DNA of 63,669 nt, counting the filler, from Reclinomonas americana ATCC 50394 (Eukaryota): NCBI GenBank assembly GCA_048213135.1. It is 12 parts of 12 records of this genome, joined end to end, with 100 filler letters (N's around TTAATTAATTAA, not from the genome) between each part and the next. Parts side by side here need not be neighbours in the genome. Positions count along the whole stretch, not along the records: positions 1 to 4,771 come from AFZH01019994.1; positions 4,872 to 6,842 come from AFZH01019995.1; positions 6,943 to 9,183 come from AFZH01019996.1; positions 9,284 to 12,555 come from AFZH01019997.1; positions 12,656 to 14,962 come from AFZH01019998.1; 7 more parts are not named here. The stretch is one strand, 5' to 3'. The notes beneath the pieces are model-generated. The model saw nothing but the letters and a program-made list of their open reading frames with translations, ran no database searches and had not been told where the DNA came from. Position numbers and translations under genes: made by a program. This document shows, piece by piece, positions 1-13,800 of the stretch. Every line of letters starts with the position of its first letter. The stretch's first letter is position 1.

Positions 1-790
1 AGCACCACTGAACGAGACGCTTCCACGACCCAGCCTGCTCCAGCAACTCCAGTGCGCACCCATCTATCGCACATAGACTGTACAGGAGAGCCGCAAACAG
101 TCCAACTGCTTGCGTCTTGATCTCGCCAGGCGCCGCCGCCGCCGCCGACCCGTACTGCGCATACTTTACGGGCACGAAGAGATCCAGCGCATGCATACAC
201 AGGCCGGCCAGACCCGACAGCGATCCGGCTTGTGTGCGACCCGATCGCTGCGCATAATGATGAATCAATATCGGGCATGTCGCTGCAGAGATAAGAACGC
301 GAATCGTGCGTCTCGTCGAGAAACACCAAGCGCACACAGACGTAGAGCGACCACAAACAAGAAGAGTGAAGAGAGAGGAATGACACGGTGGAATCACCGG
401 GGGAGCAGCGAGGAAGAATTCGACAAGCGAGGTGCGAGGGATCGATACCATCTTTCGGTGGATGGCGAGGATCTCAGCAGCGCACCAGAAGCAAGAGGAG
501 AGAGAGTGTGTGTGTGCGTGTGTGCGTGTGAGAAGAGAGAGAGAGAGTTAGAGAGAATGGAGACACGCAACTGCTTGATCGTACAGATCGTCAGCCTCGA
601 GCACCACACGCTGCATGAACTCGACATCGGCGACCATCAGAGAGATCACGCGCCATCGCGCTGCCTCTGCCGACTCGCATCGTTCCAGTGCCGTGCGAAG
701 ACGCAGGAGCAATGTATCCTTTCACATGTGTGAGTTGGAGAGAGGGAGAGGGAGAGAGACCATGACAGAGACACGAGCAACTCATACCAT
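1..790 (-). CDS. Hypothetical, probably alpha-helical protein; 5' part only, runs off the window start
   Basis: Manual splice model: ATG(790)|intron|DTLLLRLRTALERCES...DDLYDQA|GTTGCGT intron|ILAIHRKMVSIPRTSLVEFFLAAPR|intron|RTIRVLISAATCP...LLEQAGSWKRLVQWC. The frame is open to the window edge. No family recognised. Confidence 0.45.
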
Positions 791-1057
791 GGCAACACAC
801 TCGCGTCTCTCTTTCCTGCTGTGTGTGCGTATGCGCGCGGGTCTTGCTCTGCGTTCGTGTGGCGTCAATCGATTGAGAGCAAGTTCTCATACTGAACACA
901 CACGCGCACAGGCAGACCTTTCTCCTTCTTCTCCTTCGCAGTGCGCACAGAGCGTGCGTGTGGGTGTGTCTCACAGGAGGGAGAGACGCGCACACAGACA
1001 CGCACAGCAATGAGGTTCTGTTTGACGATCTGCTGCGATCAACAGATTCACGGCTGG

Positions 1058-2011
1058 ATGCTTCTCGTGAGTGCGCTCCCTCCCTCTTGCGCCTCTCTCT
1101 GCGCTCACTCACTCTCATGCACAGGTTCGCCTGTTGCAAGCACCACGCGTGCTGCTCGCTGGCGGCTCATGGTCAACTCTGACGCGACCGCTGTCCACAC
1201 AAGCCGACAACGCTGAAGGGTACTCTTCTCTCACTGCATGCCCTCTTACACACACACACACGCACTCACCCCTGCACACATGCACGTCAGGCAACGCGCG
1301 GCTCGTCGCGAGTACGCTCGCCAGTACTATCAACGCAATCGCGAACGCATCCTCGCCGCTCGCCGACGCACTCCTTCCTCTCCCGCTGCTGCTGCTGCTG
1401 CTGCGTCGTCTGCCGCCTCGTGGACTGCACCCGTGGCCACTCCACTGGCCGATAACCTCGAGTTGCCCGTGTCCATCAGTGCCGCAGCTGCGTCGTCGTT
1501 CACGGCCAAGGCGGTGGCTGCCATGCTGGAGGCCGAGGCCGCGGAGAAGGTGCTGGTGTGCGACTTGCGGCAGCGTGAGGCGCCGCTGTGCGATTACATG
1601 GTGATTGCTACGGGGCGCTCCATGGCTCACCTGCGTCACTTGTGCGACTATGTGGTGCAACAGGTCGGTGTTCCTTTCACTATCTCGCTCTCTCTCGCTC
1701 GCTCTGACTCGGCGTAGGGCAAGACCGCGGGAGTGGGCGCGGCGCCTGTGGAGGGGCGCAACAGTTCGTGGCTGGTGGCCGACTTTGACGACTTTATTGT
1801 GCATCTGATGACGGCGGAGGAGCGGGAGCGTGTGGCGTTGGAGAGTTTGTGGCTCAACCCTGTGGCGCCCCGAAAGACAGCCCGGAAGACGACGAGCGGT
1901 GGCGACGATGATGCAACTGGCGTGCGGAGACGAAAGAGGGAGCAGTCGGCGGAGTCGGCCTCTTCAACACGCCGACGAAGAGCAGCACCTCGCGCTGCTG
2001 GCGATCGATAG
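1058..2011 (+). CDS. Ribosomal silencing factor RsfS/Iojap family protein (MALSU1-like, probably mitochondrial)
   Basis: Spliced product contains VLVCDLR...CDYMVIATGRSMAHL and VEGRNSSWLVADFDDFIVHLMTAEERERVALESLW, matching the RsfS pattern (VIATG.S..H; W.L.D.GD.VVH...E.R..Y.LE.LW). The Arg/Leu/Ser-rich N-terminus resembles a presequence. Three introns. Confidence 0.85.
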
Positions 2012-2058
2012 ACCTAGAGAATTATGAACTTGATTTCGCACAAGAATTTATGATACGA

Positions 2059-4727
2059 TCATGAGGGGTTGTCGTTGGCCACCTCGCCCCGCATCACTCG
2101 CACCAGGTTGATGACGGACTGCACCGTGCACGTGACACAGAGGATGCTGCCTACGATGATGATGAGCCAGTCCACGGTCCACGCCCACCACGACAGACCG
2201 AATTGGTATTTGCCGTCGTTGACGGTGCGCTTGGTGTTGTTGGGTGAACGCATGATCTTCCAGTGGAAGAGTGCAGGGAACACAATGGCCAGCAGGACGC
2301 TGCCGAGACTGCCGACAACCCTGCATGTGTACCGTCACTTGCGCGTGAGCACGCGATTGCAGGAAGTCAACGCCTTGCAACGCAACGAGATGAATTCGCC
2401 AAAGTGTGGTATTCCGGTGGCAATAATGCCCGAGATGACCACGAGGAACAGCCGCCACAGCCATTGTTTCCACGAGATGCTGATTGTACAAGTGAGGCGA
2501 CCTCGGAGGTGGAATCGAGATGGCGATACACACACGAACCATTGCTTGAACTCGGTGGGGAACATGCGGTGCTCCGACAGCTCAATGACCGGCCACAATT
2601 GCAAGGGGTAGCTGAGTAGCAGACACACGGCGAGTGTGACCTTCACAAGGGCTATGGAGAGAAGTGAGTTCGTGTGGCAGCAGCAGCACGAGGTCTCACA
2701 AAAAATGCAACGCACATGCCGCCGACTGGTCAGCAATGTTCTCGAACACCAGCGCGCTGGTGTGCTCCTCGAATGCAAAGTACCCGCACAACCCAAACGC
2801 AGTGACCAAGATGGCCGTCGCTGCAAAGGCCACACTGAGCACCCACGAGAAGCGTTCGCGTCGGCGCAGATTTTGTTGAATCGGCAGCACGACCTGTGCG
2901 ACGGTGAGTGAACGCACAGACAGGCAAGCGCTCACATAAACTGAATGCCCACCGCGATTCTGCACGGAGAGGGTGATAGGGAAAGGGTAAGCACTTGGGA
3001 AGAGTGATATGAACAAAGGGGAATACAGGTACGCACCCCTCCATGGTGTACGCAAAGGTGCCGAGACCGACTGCAACCACGTTTCAGCGCAGGAACGGAT
3101 GAGGACACTGGTGCTGTGCGAGCGTACAGACCTGGGAATGACCACTGTGCCACAGAGGTGTGTTGAATGGTCTCGGTCGAGATGTGTCCGACATAGTTCC
3201 ACAGCACGACCACGTAGCCAATCAGAAACGCCACACTCGAAATGACACTGCAGACGACGACAGCGTCCATGTGAGTGATCCGATAGCGATGCACCGATGT
3301 GCCCTCCTGCGTACCTGAGTGGAGCAATGTACTTGAGACTCGGGGCGCAGCAGAGTGGATAGAGAATGAGAATGCAGATGCACACGCCGCCGAGGAACGA
3401 GATGCTTCCCGTCATGGACGACAGTGTCTCGGCTGCGTAGTGAGTTGTGAGCAACGCGATGAATGACCAACGCCTGTCTCGTCCCTCAACAAAGCAAGCA
3501 ACGCACCAATAAAGATCAAGTAGGCGCACAGGCAGCCGACTTGCGTGAACAGAACCATGGCGTCGACCTGCATGCACAAGTAAGTCTCGATCGGCGCACC
3601 TGTCATGCACCATTTCACAACGTACCGAGAGCGAGCCGATAGTGCCAAAAGCTGCGTACCCCACCTGTCCATCTGTGCGCACGTGTGTTTTTCGAGTCAA
3701 CATGACATCCGCCACTTCTCTGCCGCATGTGCGCATGTAACTCAACAATTCAGCACTTTGTGTCCCTGGTGATTTTGGTACGCCTCCTTGGCGATCACCA
3801 ACAGTCGGATGCATGAAAACGTGCACACAAACACCATGGACAGGAGAATCAAGCCGAGCTGCGCCGCCACGACAATGTAAGTCAGCAGATCTCGAGGAAA
3901 GCACACCATCATGATCCGGACACACACCACAGAGCCCGTCTGCCGAAATGCAAACGGCACCGCTGCAGAGGGCAAGAGACCACGTGAGGCCCACGGCATC
4001 GCCACACTCTCTCCCCCCCTTGACCACCCCCTCTCACGCAACACAAGATACCGCTGCCCACGAACGCCTTGAAGGTGTTGAGCAGAGCGGCCGCAACTCT
4101 GCATACAGCAGTAACAACACTTGTCAGCAGAATCCAGTGGTGGCATGCTCGCTGCTGCACACGTAACGAGGACTCGCCGGCACCACCACTACTGCCCGTG
4201 CGCCCGGTCGGTGACGAAACGCCGCCACCCTTGACCCGCGCACGCATGACACCATCCGAGGACAGCTCCAGCTCCTCTAGCTCGATCTGCTCATCCTCAT
4301 CGTCGTCGCCGCCGACATCGGTCGGTGCGGAACGCAGCATGAGAGAGGCCGACTCGACACCGTGCTTCGCCACTTGCCGTCGCAACTGTTGCGCCTGAGC
4401 ACGAGTGGGACCAGTGCCCACAACATCATCGTCATCGTCATCGTCATCGAACAAATCGTCCTGTGCTGCGGCCTCCGACAGCGGCGAGGAGGCAGACGAT
4501 CGTGGTCTCCGATCGGCGGTGGTGGACGAGAGCACAAGTGACGACGAGGAGGAGGCTGAGGAGATGGCAGAGGAGGACGACGACGAGAAGGGACGACGGC
4601 CGATCAGTGGCACCGACAGAATCGCCGGCGGCGGTGGCGCGAGTGAGGGAGAGGAGGCTAGCAGTGCTGAGCTCCGTGGCGAGAGGACGCCATCGTCGGA
4701 GGGTCGTGCAACGTGTGCGTACGACAT
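2059..4727 (-). CDS. Transmembrane amino acid transporter (Aa_trans/AAAP; SLC36/Avt3-like)
   Basis: Spliced motifs NTFKAFVGSGILSVPFAF, NYGQVGYAAFG, YTMEGIAVVLPI, FGLCGYFAF, SYPLQLWPV and IPHFGEFISVVGSLG. Long Ser/acidic N-terminal tail. Stop after ...ANDNPS at 2059. Confidence 0.9.
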
Positions 4728-4771
4728 TCCGAAAAAAACTGACCGTTGCAAAATCGTGGTGGAGGAGAAAA

Positions 4772-4871
4772 NNNNNNNNNNNNNNNNNNNNNNNNNNNNN
4801 NNNNNNNNNNNNNNNTTAATTAATTAANNNNNNNNNNNNNNNNNNNNNNNNNNNNNNNNNNNNNNNNNNNN
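4772..4871. other. Artificial contig linker (N-run + TTAATTAATTAA + N-run); identical linkers at 6843, 9184, 12556, 14963, 19380, 27601, 32589, 50131, 54045 and 58597
   Basis: Identical 100-nt blocks; the 12-mer places stop codons in all six frames. Confidence 0.98.
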
Positions 4872-7800
4872 CGGCCTTCAGCTGCTCGACGGTGATGTTG
4901 GGCGAGCCGCAAATGTGCGTCTCCATCTCCTCGGCGCTGAGCAGGCAGAACTCGTTGATCGGCAGCACAATGGCAATGCCCTGGCGCACAGCCGCCAGCT
5001 GCGGGTCTAGCTCCTTCAGGCGCGCCTCCAGCACCAGCGCGCGGAAGTGCTCCCAGTTCTCCGCCGTCACCGGCGTCGACGCACTGGCCTCGCCAATCAG
5101 GTCGATCTTGTGCACACCGTCCAAGCTGTGGATCGAGAACGTGGCCTCGGCATCTGTGCGACACACGCCTTCTTTCAGCACACTGCTACTCACTGCTCGA
5201 ACAAGAGGACAAGGGAATGTGACAAACCCTGCGCAGTCTCCAGCGACTCCAGCCACGGCATCGGATCCAACTCACGGTAGTCGGCCTCGGTGACTGTCTC
5301 GCCGCCCAGCTTCTTGAAGAAGAACTTGGGCAAGTCCAGCGGCAGCGGCGCGTGCGAGATGACAGCCATGCCCATGAGGAAGCCGAGGAACACAAAGTGT
5401 GCCATGCTCTCGTCGTCGGTCTTGGCCGGATTCACGATAAACTGACCCTTGACGCCGCCAATCGAGTACCGAGCACTCGGTGGCGGAATCAGCAAGTCGA
5501 ACGACTCCGACTGCAGATCCTGGCACATGTGGGAGATGCTCTCGCGGAACGGGCCACCGGCGTCCTGCGCTCGCTCGCCGCGAAGCTCGATGCGGTAGAT
5601 GCGGCTGTGGTTCTTGAAGTTGTACTCTGCCGTCTGCCACAGCAGCAGCTGCGGCTTCATCGCGTCCGAAATCTGCACAAACACCGGCTCTGGAAAACGC
5701 AAACGCAGACACACGCATACACCGAGTAAGTACGGAGGAGGGCAGTAACCCTCCAAAACCACACCCGACGGACGCAACTCGCACGGCCCTCGGAAGCGCC
5801 GATGCGGTCGACGGTAATGGCGATCGCTTCCGGACGCTTGCCACTGGCCTCCCGCAGCTGCAGCGCGCGAGCCAAGAGTCGCTTCTTGATGGACTCGAAA
5901 AGCAGGATCTTGAGCGTGCGGACAGCTCCAGACACCGACAGCACGTGCATCAGCGACTGCACGTCGATCTTGGTGCCGCGCAATTCGTCAAACGGACGGC
6001 GCGGCTGATCGGCCACCAAAGCTGCAGCAGCGCGCGACACATGCACGCATTAGCACGAAATCGCATGTGTGTGCGTGTCTGTCTGTCAGTCTCGCGCAAC
6101 TCATAAAGTCGGAGAACACCTTGTTGAGGTTCCACACGAGCTTGAAGCGAGCTGCACACTCGGCCGGAGTTCGGTTCTGCACACACACACACACACACGA
6201 CCTCAAGTCAGCTTGTGAAGTAGACAGAGAGAGCACTCTGGTGCACCGGCGCTCACCGGCAGCGCAGGGAACACGCCCTGCATCACGTGCGGCAACACAA
6301 AGCTCTGCTGGTTCTTGAGACGATCCTGATCGACCACGGCCTTCAGCATGTCGCGCAAGTCGTTGGAGATCTCTCGCGCACCTGCGCATGCACGACTCGC
6401 GAGTCAGCGATTCGAACGTATACGACAACATGCAGTGCTTTGGAAAACGCAACGACGATCGGCATCCGGCTCGGTGTCTTCGTCGGCCGGCGGCGGCAGG
6501 TGCTCACTCTGCGCAATCTCCATGACCAGGCGCACCAGTGCTGCACTCTCGTCCAGCGTCCACCGCCGCGAGCCCGGTGCATCGGTGCAAGCCAGTTCGT
6601 ATGGCTTGACACAGAGCGGTGGTGCACGACCGCTGTCGTCCGCACGGCGAGACTTGGAGTCGATCACGCGGAAGTTGTGGAAGTACCGAGCAGGGACCTG
6701 CGAGCGGCCCGACATGAAATTGCACTCGGCAAACAGCTCCAAAATGTGCAACGTCAACAGCGCTCGCGGGTGCCTGAATAGGAGGAAAGGCGACTTTAGT
6801 TTGAGTTTCGAGCGGGAAGACACGTTTCCTTGCGGCAAGTCGNNNNNNNNNNNNNNNNNNNNNNNNNNNNNNNNNNNNNNNNNNNNTTAATTAATTAANN
6901 NNNNNNNNNNNNNNNNNNNNNNNNNNNNNNNNNNNNNNNNNNGGATCCAGAGTGAGCTCCGTGGGCGACGAGCCGACAGCCGATGCACCAGTCGGCGAGC
7001 CAACGCTGCCCGAGCTCGGACCTGTTCGACACAACCCCAACACAGGTTGGTGAGTGTTCAAATAGCAATCGATCATCTGCTGTTCACCAACGACAAACCT
7101 GGACCGTCGGTGGCGGACCGCTCGACCTCCAAAAAGTCGCGAGGGACGAACGCTCCGTGGCCGGAGCGGCACTGACCGTTGAGATCGTTGCCGGTGCTGA
7201 AGCTCGAGTCGAACTCCACGCCAACAGAGTCGTCGCCAATGAAGCACACCACCACTGCAAAGTAATGTGAGTGGTCATGTCGCGCATGCAGACTTCTCCA
7301 ACACAGCAGGCATGCATGCATACCTCCACGAGCTCCGCTCGAGATACCCAAACCGTCCTGGTTGAGTACAACACGAGAGCCAATCACAACTTCGGCGGCA
7401 GCCGGACGCGCGGCCTCTGTGGCATCCGAGCCCAACACCTGCAGCTCATGTCGCAGCAGCGTGACGCCGCGGAACATGGGCGTCAGACCGTTGAGACTGG
7501 TGAGAAGTTGCGATGACTGTAGAAGGAGGGGATGTGTGTCAGCAAATGGAGTGACCGCCTCGCATCATCTTCTTGCGTACGCACCACATCCATCTCGACA
7601 CCAATGTGATCGCCATCAACAGCGCGCACAGCTGCACCAGCCCGTGTCAGATACAACAACGGATGAAGTGGTCAACATTGCTGACATGCTAAAAACTCAA
7701 CTGCCACGCTCGCCACGCAAAAACTCGACACTCGAGCCCGACACCACCACGCGTACTCCCGCGTACAACGAATCGCGTCTGCGTGTGTGCACACAGTGAG

Positions 7801-10800
7801 AATCCCATAAAGAGACCACAAATTTCGTACGACAACTACCGCACCGAGAGTCGACCGCATCCACCAGGCGGAGCGACGAGTACGCGTAGCTGCCCTTGAT
7901 GCGCTCAAAGTCGACTTGGACCAGGCACTCGCCCTCGCCCATGTACAGACGATTCTCCGTGTAGCCGGTCACCACACCGACGCCCAGGTGCGGTGCCGTG
8001 ATGCACTCCACACGCGCACCGATACGGAAGTGCAAGTGCGAGGTTGGGCGGTCGTTGCCACCGTATCCCACCGCATCACTGCCGTACATGCCGGCAAAGC
8101 CACGCGACATGTAGTACTCCATGCGACGCTCCTCTTGGGAGAGTTCGGGACCAGCCTCAGCGGCCACGTTGATGAGGAAGTACGTCACACCGTGATCGCC
8201 GCGAATGCGCACGCGGCGGAACGGTTGAATCACACTCTCCAAGTCTGCGACGGCAATGATGATTGTGTGCGTGTGAGCATCCACACAAAGAAAAGAAATC
8301 GGTGACGACGTCACAGTGGGAAATAAAACAAAACTTCGTGGACGCGCAGTCGGAGCACGGCGCGCAAACTGCAAGTCGGCCAAGTTGGCCACCGGCAACT
8401 CAATCGCTCCCTCGTTGTCCGTGTACGGCGGCGGCAGTGACGTGACAAACTTGAGCGTGCTCATCGGCACGCACAAGTGGCTGGCCTCGGCGTCGACATT
8501 ACCGCAGGCCACAGAGATCTTGCTCTCGCTCTGCTCCTCAATGAGGCGCACGGAGCACACAGTGTCTACAGATCGCGGAGAGTGAGTGAGCATGGCACAA
8601 AAAGGAGGAGCCTCTGTGTAAAACGCAACAGTCGCCAAGCATGGCGGAGAACCCGCTGGCGGTGGTGGTCACGGGCGACGGCGGAATGGTGGAACCAAGC
8701 CCAGTCTCGGCCACATCCATGCTGGACTCGGCGCAGTTGGAAGCCATCAATGCCGTCTGCTGTGCCAGCAGCTGGCTGCCGCTGCCGCTGCCACCGAGGG
8801 TGATGGTCGCGCCTGGGAATGGGCCAGCTGACGCTGTCGGGCCCACCGTAGACAGCACAAGACCGTACCCAGAGGACGAAGACGAAGACGCGATTGACGA
8901 CGGCACGTCGCATGCATCGTCGTACGCATCGCCACTGCCGTGGCCGTAGCTGCCAATGTCACTCGTACCAATGCCGCTGGAGGCATGCTGCGATCCACCC
9001 ATGCGGCTGGCGCGCTCTGCGCCATGGCCGAAGGCGACAGCAGAGTACTGACCTGAGCTGGCCTGTCCACTGCTGTTGTTGAGTGAGGACCGCCGAGCGA
9101 TAAAAGCCTCCAACTCGGCAAAGGATTCCTCGAAAATGGGCGGCAGCGACTCGGACGGACCGAGTACCACCGACGTTGGCGCANNNNNNNNNNNNNNNNN
9201 NNNNNNNNNNNNNNNNNNNNNNNNNNNTTAATTAATTAANNNNNNNNNNNNNNNNNNNNNNNNNNNNNNNNNNNNNNNNNNNNCCTCCTCTCCGCTGCTG
9301 CCCTCGGCAGCCGCCGTCATCGCGGCCACGGCAGCGGCAACAGTCGAAGCATTGGCTGCGGCGGCGGCGTCGGCGGCTGCGGCCTGCGACGACACGTCCA
9401 GCAGTCGGCAAATCATCTGCAGGCCACAGGCGTAGTAGTAGATGGACTGTTGGTTCTTGAGGGCGGTGTTGTAGAGGAACTCGGTGTCGGCGTGCGGCAT
9501 CTTCAAAAAGCGCATAAACTCGCCGACAAAGTGCGCACGACCAGCGTGAGCGCGACCATCGAGCGCGTCGTAGTGGTTGGGAGGCGACGACTGCGGCGTA
9601 TCGAACGGATTCGAGCCGCGATTGCCAGGCGTGGCGACCACATCCAACGACAGGGCGTGCACGGCAAATGTGCTGCGACGTGGGCAGCAATGGTGAGCGA
9701 AGGGTACAACTCGGCACGACAATGCGACAGTGACTCAACTGCGCCGAGTTGATCGAGTTGGAGCGCAACGAGCTGATCGGCGTCTCCTCGTGATCCAAAA
9801 AGTCAAACGACGACGACGCCCGTCGGTTATCGCCATGATTGTGTGTCTTTGGCACCGACTGTTCTCGCGGTGAGTGAGTGAGTGTGTGGACTGCATGCAT
9901 GCAAACCAGCACGACAGTACGCACGTTCTTGAAGGCAAACACCAAGTCGCAGCGATGCAAAAAGTCGACTGCGTACTCGCGCCACAGGTCGCTGATAAAG
10001 ACCTCGCGGCCTGACTCGGTCTTTTGGAACTCGGTGGCCTCCTCGCTGTTCTTGAATTCCTCGTAGGCGCGGTAAATGTTCTGCACAACGCGTCGCCGTC
10101 AGTCTCCATTTTGTGTCTTCTCTCGTCTCGCGCCGTCAGAGAAGAGAGAGCACGCAACGTTTTTCTGGAAGTGCAGCTGGCGGTACACGTTGCGGTGAAC
10201 ATCCATCCAAATGTCGTGCAGCTCGCGCGACACAATCACTTGGTTGTCGGTGAGACCTTGCTCCAGCTGCTCAGCGACGGCATACACCTCCTCGTCGATG
10301 CCGAATGCTTTCAGCACCACTGCCTCGGCGGCCAACATGCAGGCCTCGAAACCCTCGAGCAACGAATTTTGATTGTACAGGTTCTGTGTGCGGCACATGA
10401 AACAAGTCAGCAAGGCAAGACAAATACAAAAGCGATTAGTCTACAGCGAGGCGGACGCAACGGCAGGCAAGTGACGGCGAATCATGAATTCGGCAAACTT
10501 GTCCACTTGCTCGGCACGCCCGAGAGCCATCAGTGTGCTGCGATCGTTGTGGTCCAACACTCCAAAGGCGCGACTGAGCATGCGATGGGCAGTCTGCAAT
10601 CACAACCGCTGTGTGTGAGCACACTGAACTATCTTCGGCACACCACAACCGCAGTTTTGCCACGCAACCATCTTCTCCAGCTGGCGTTGAAGCAGGCCGC
10701 GAATGATCATCTCTCCAGTGACATAGTCGATTGGCTCGCGAGCAGAGAACACGTCGCGCATCGACATGGCAAAGTACGACGGCGAGCCGAGCGGAACCGC

Positions 10801-13800
10801 AGACGACGTGTTCCACGCCACACCGACGCTGCTGGACAAAATGTTGCCACCAAACGGCGGTCCGTTCGACGGCGTCGTGATGGTCAACTGCGACGGCAAC
10901 TGCGCGGCGAGAAGCGTACTCGGCTTCTCCGTGTTGGTGTCTTCCAGGCCACCGGATCCCAACATTCCGCTGAAAAAGTCGACAGCCTGTTTGCGTCGCT
11001 CCTCGTGCAGCTCGTCCACTGCTGCCGGCGAGTCAGCAGCAGAAAAAAGAGAAAGAAGAACAATGTGTGCATCCGCAACGTTCATCGTCTTCGCCGGCCA
11101 TTGACGACGACGCGGGTGGTGGCGACAACAAGGCCGACGCAGGGTTGGAGGTGCCGAGCAACAGCACAGATGGCGCCGACAGTACGCAGCATTCAACCGC
11201 GGTAATGGTGTCGACTGGATTCTCCGTCGCCACAATGCCTTGGCGGGAACGACGCGGAGTCCAACGACGGCGCGGTAGATTGCTGGTAATGTCGCCACCG
11301 GCGCACTGCAGCTTGAAGATGCGCTCGTAAAAGGTCACCAACGGCTGCCCGACGACACTCCAATAGCGCAGAGTTTCTGGCGTCACGTCGCTCGAGTTGG
11401 CGGCATACTGTGCAAGATTGCCGGCCAAGTCGGCCAGTGACGGCACCGTGGCCAGCGAGTACAGCGCGAAACCATCGACCACCGGCGACACAATGCCAAA
11501 CAGGCAAATGGCGTACTGTTTGGCGGGCAGCAAGTTTAGTGCACACTGGTACTAGTTTTTTCGCAACACTGAGCAAAACGAGAGTCGCAACCTCAGTGCT
11601 CGAGCATTGTGCGAGTTCGCGGTCCACCGACAGCAGGTACTGCACGAGGATGGCCGCGTACTCGGAAAGGTTGCCAACAAAGAAGGCGGCAGCGGCCAGC
11701 TCCACCAACTCCTCCAACAACATCTGCTGGAACTCAGTCAGCGATTCCGGATCCTCGGCTTGCAACCGCGCCAGGTGCAGCATGAACGAAAAGGCGGTCG
11801 GATCCTTGGCTGAGCAGGCCACAATGTCCTGCGAGAATGAACACCGTGGTGAGATCATTCACGCACATCCTAATCGACGAGTGATGAAAGAAAAGAGGCG
11901 ACGCACGGTGAACATAATCTTGCGCAGTGTTTGCGGGCTGTTGAGCGCCAAGCGCACGGCCTTGAGCACATCGGCCTTTTCTTGCATTGTTGCAGACTCG
12001 GCGCAAGCAACAGTCAACATTTCCACAAACTTGGCCGGCGTGTACGTCAGCGGGAACAGCGCCAGGCGAGTTTGCTGCATGGACTCATACAGTGCCTGCA
12101 TTGCAACAGTGAGCATCGCCACAATTGCAGCGTGACAAAAGACAGCAGGCAGAGGGACCTTCCACTTGGCACGGCCAGCCAGCAGTGTGTCGAGTGCCTC
12201 GAGTGCCAGCATCAAGTCACCCGACGCATCCTGCATGCCCGAGTCGACATAATCCTCGACAGCTGCAGTCGACGATGCGTTTGTGTTTGCGCTGTCGTCG
12301 CTGAGGAGTCGGCGCACAATCTCCAAGCATTCGCTGCAAATGACCTCAAAGTACACGTCTGTGCGGAGCCAAAAAGGTCAGTCCAGTGTCACCTTCAAGA
12401 CAGAAAGACAAGACAAACAAGAGTATGTGCACAAACCCTCCAGTCCATGTCGCCGACGATAGTCAATCGTGTGCAACAGCAGTGAGGCCACGAACGAGGC
12501 CACGCCAGGAGCGTTGATGAGATTCTACAATACGCATGGGGAGGGTCAGCTTCGTNNNNNNNNNNNNNNNNNNNNNNNNNNNNNNNNNNNNNNNNNNNNT
12601 TAATTAATTAANNNNNNNNNNNNNNNNNNNNNNNNNNNNNNNNNNNNNNNNNNNNGTAAACTTTGAGAACCACAGTCACCAAACCTCTACAGTGCGTGCA
12701 CGCTCCATGGAGAGGCTGTCCCGGTTGATGGTGACAATGTGGCACCGCTGCGTGGTGCAGTGAATCTCCAGCGTCAACTTGCCCAGCTCGTCGAACACGA
12801 TGCGTGTGCGCAGCACTGGACCCACGTCAAAGGCAAACTCCTGCACCGCACAACAGCACGTGTGAGTGTTTCTCCGTGGCATTCAGCTCTGACACGAGAA
12901 CGCAACCGTCGAGGCACTTGGCCGCAGCACAACTCCATCGACGTTTTGCACCGACAGGGTCGGTGTCGGCAACACAAAGGTGCTGATGCGTACACGTCCG
13001 TGCGACGGTGACACCTCAGCGACCACGATGCCGCCAGTGGGCATCGGGGCCCACGACTCCAGTGCATTGTCGTACACGGCAGCACTCTCGGCATTGCTCG
13101 ACGAGTGGCGCCGGTGGGAGTGGTGATGAGAGTGGTGGTGGTGATGGTGGTGCGAATGCTGGTGATACCCAGACATGTCGAGTGCAAACGTGGATTCGGC
13201 TGCGGCTGCGTGCGGCAGGAACGGATTGTGAGGCATCACGTGGCAGGCGACACGCCGACCGGACGATGATGAGGTGGACGACGACGATGATGGAGTGCCA
13301 CTGGTTCCTGTGCTGCTGGAGCTGCGGCGGCTCGGCGGCAACTCCACCACGGCACAGAGACGATTGTCGACCTCCATGAGAGCGAGTGCGCGGCGAGCTG
13401 CAACATGTGCGCGAGTGAGTGTCTTTCACATGCCGATTTCGTGCGATTCACCAGGAAGCAGCGCTACGCACCGGCAAACGGCAACGTAATCGTCTGCACG
13501 CCCTGCCACGACGACTCCTCGCTGACGCGCAGGAGCATGGCACCATCGGCTCCACTGGCCAGGAAATCAACGTGCGCCGGTGAGTCGCCAGCGTGAGCCA
13601 CCAGGCTCTCGGCGAACTCGTCAGGCAACACATGGACGGCTGGCATCACGCACACAAGTAAGTTACGTACACGAGTAAACGCACGGCGGCATTTTGGTGG
13701 GACGCACCAATGGGCACATGCTCCGTCCAGTCCATGTCTTGCAGCGAGTTTGTGGTAAAGTGGTTCACCACCGGGCGAGTGCTGGCGAGCGCGCTGGCGG

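Noticed and set aside
4816..4827. Recurring TTAATTAATTAA motif and 'LIN' ORF ends
   Set aside because: Artificial six-frame stop linker within N runs, not biological.
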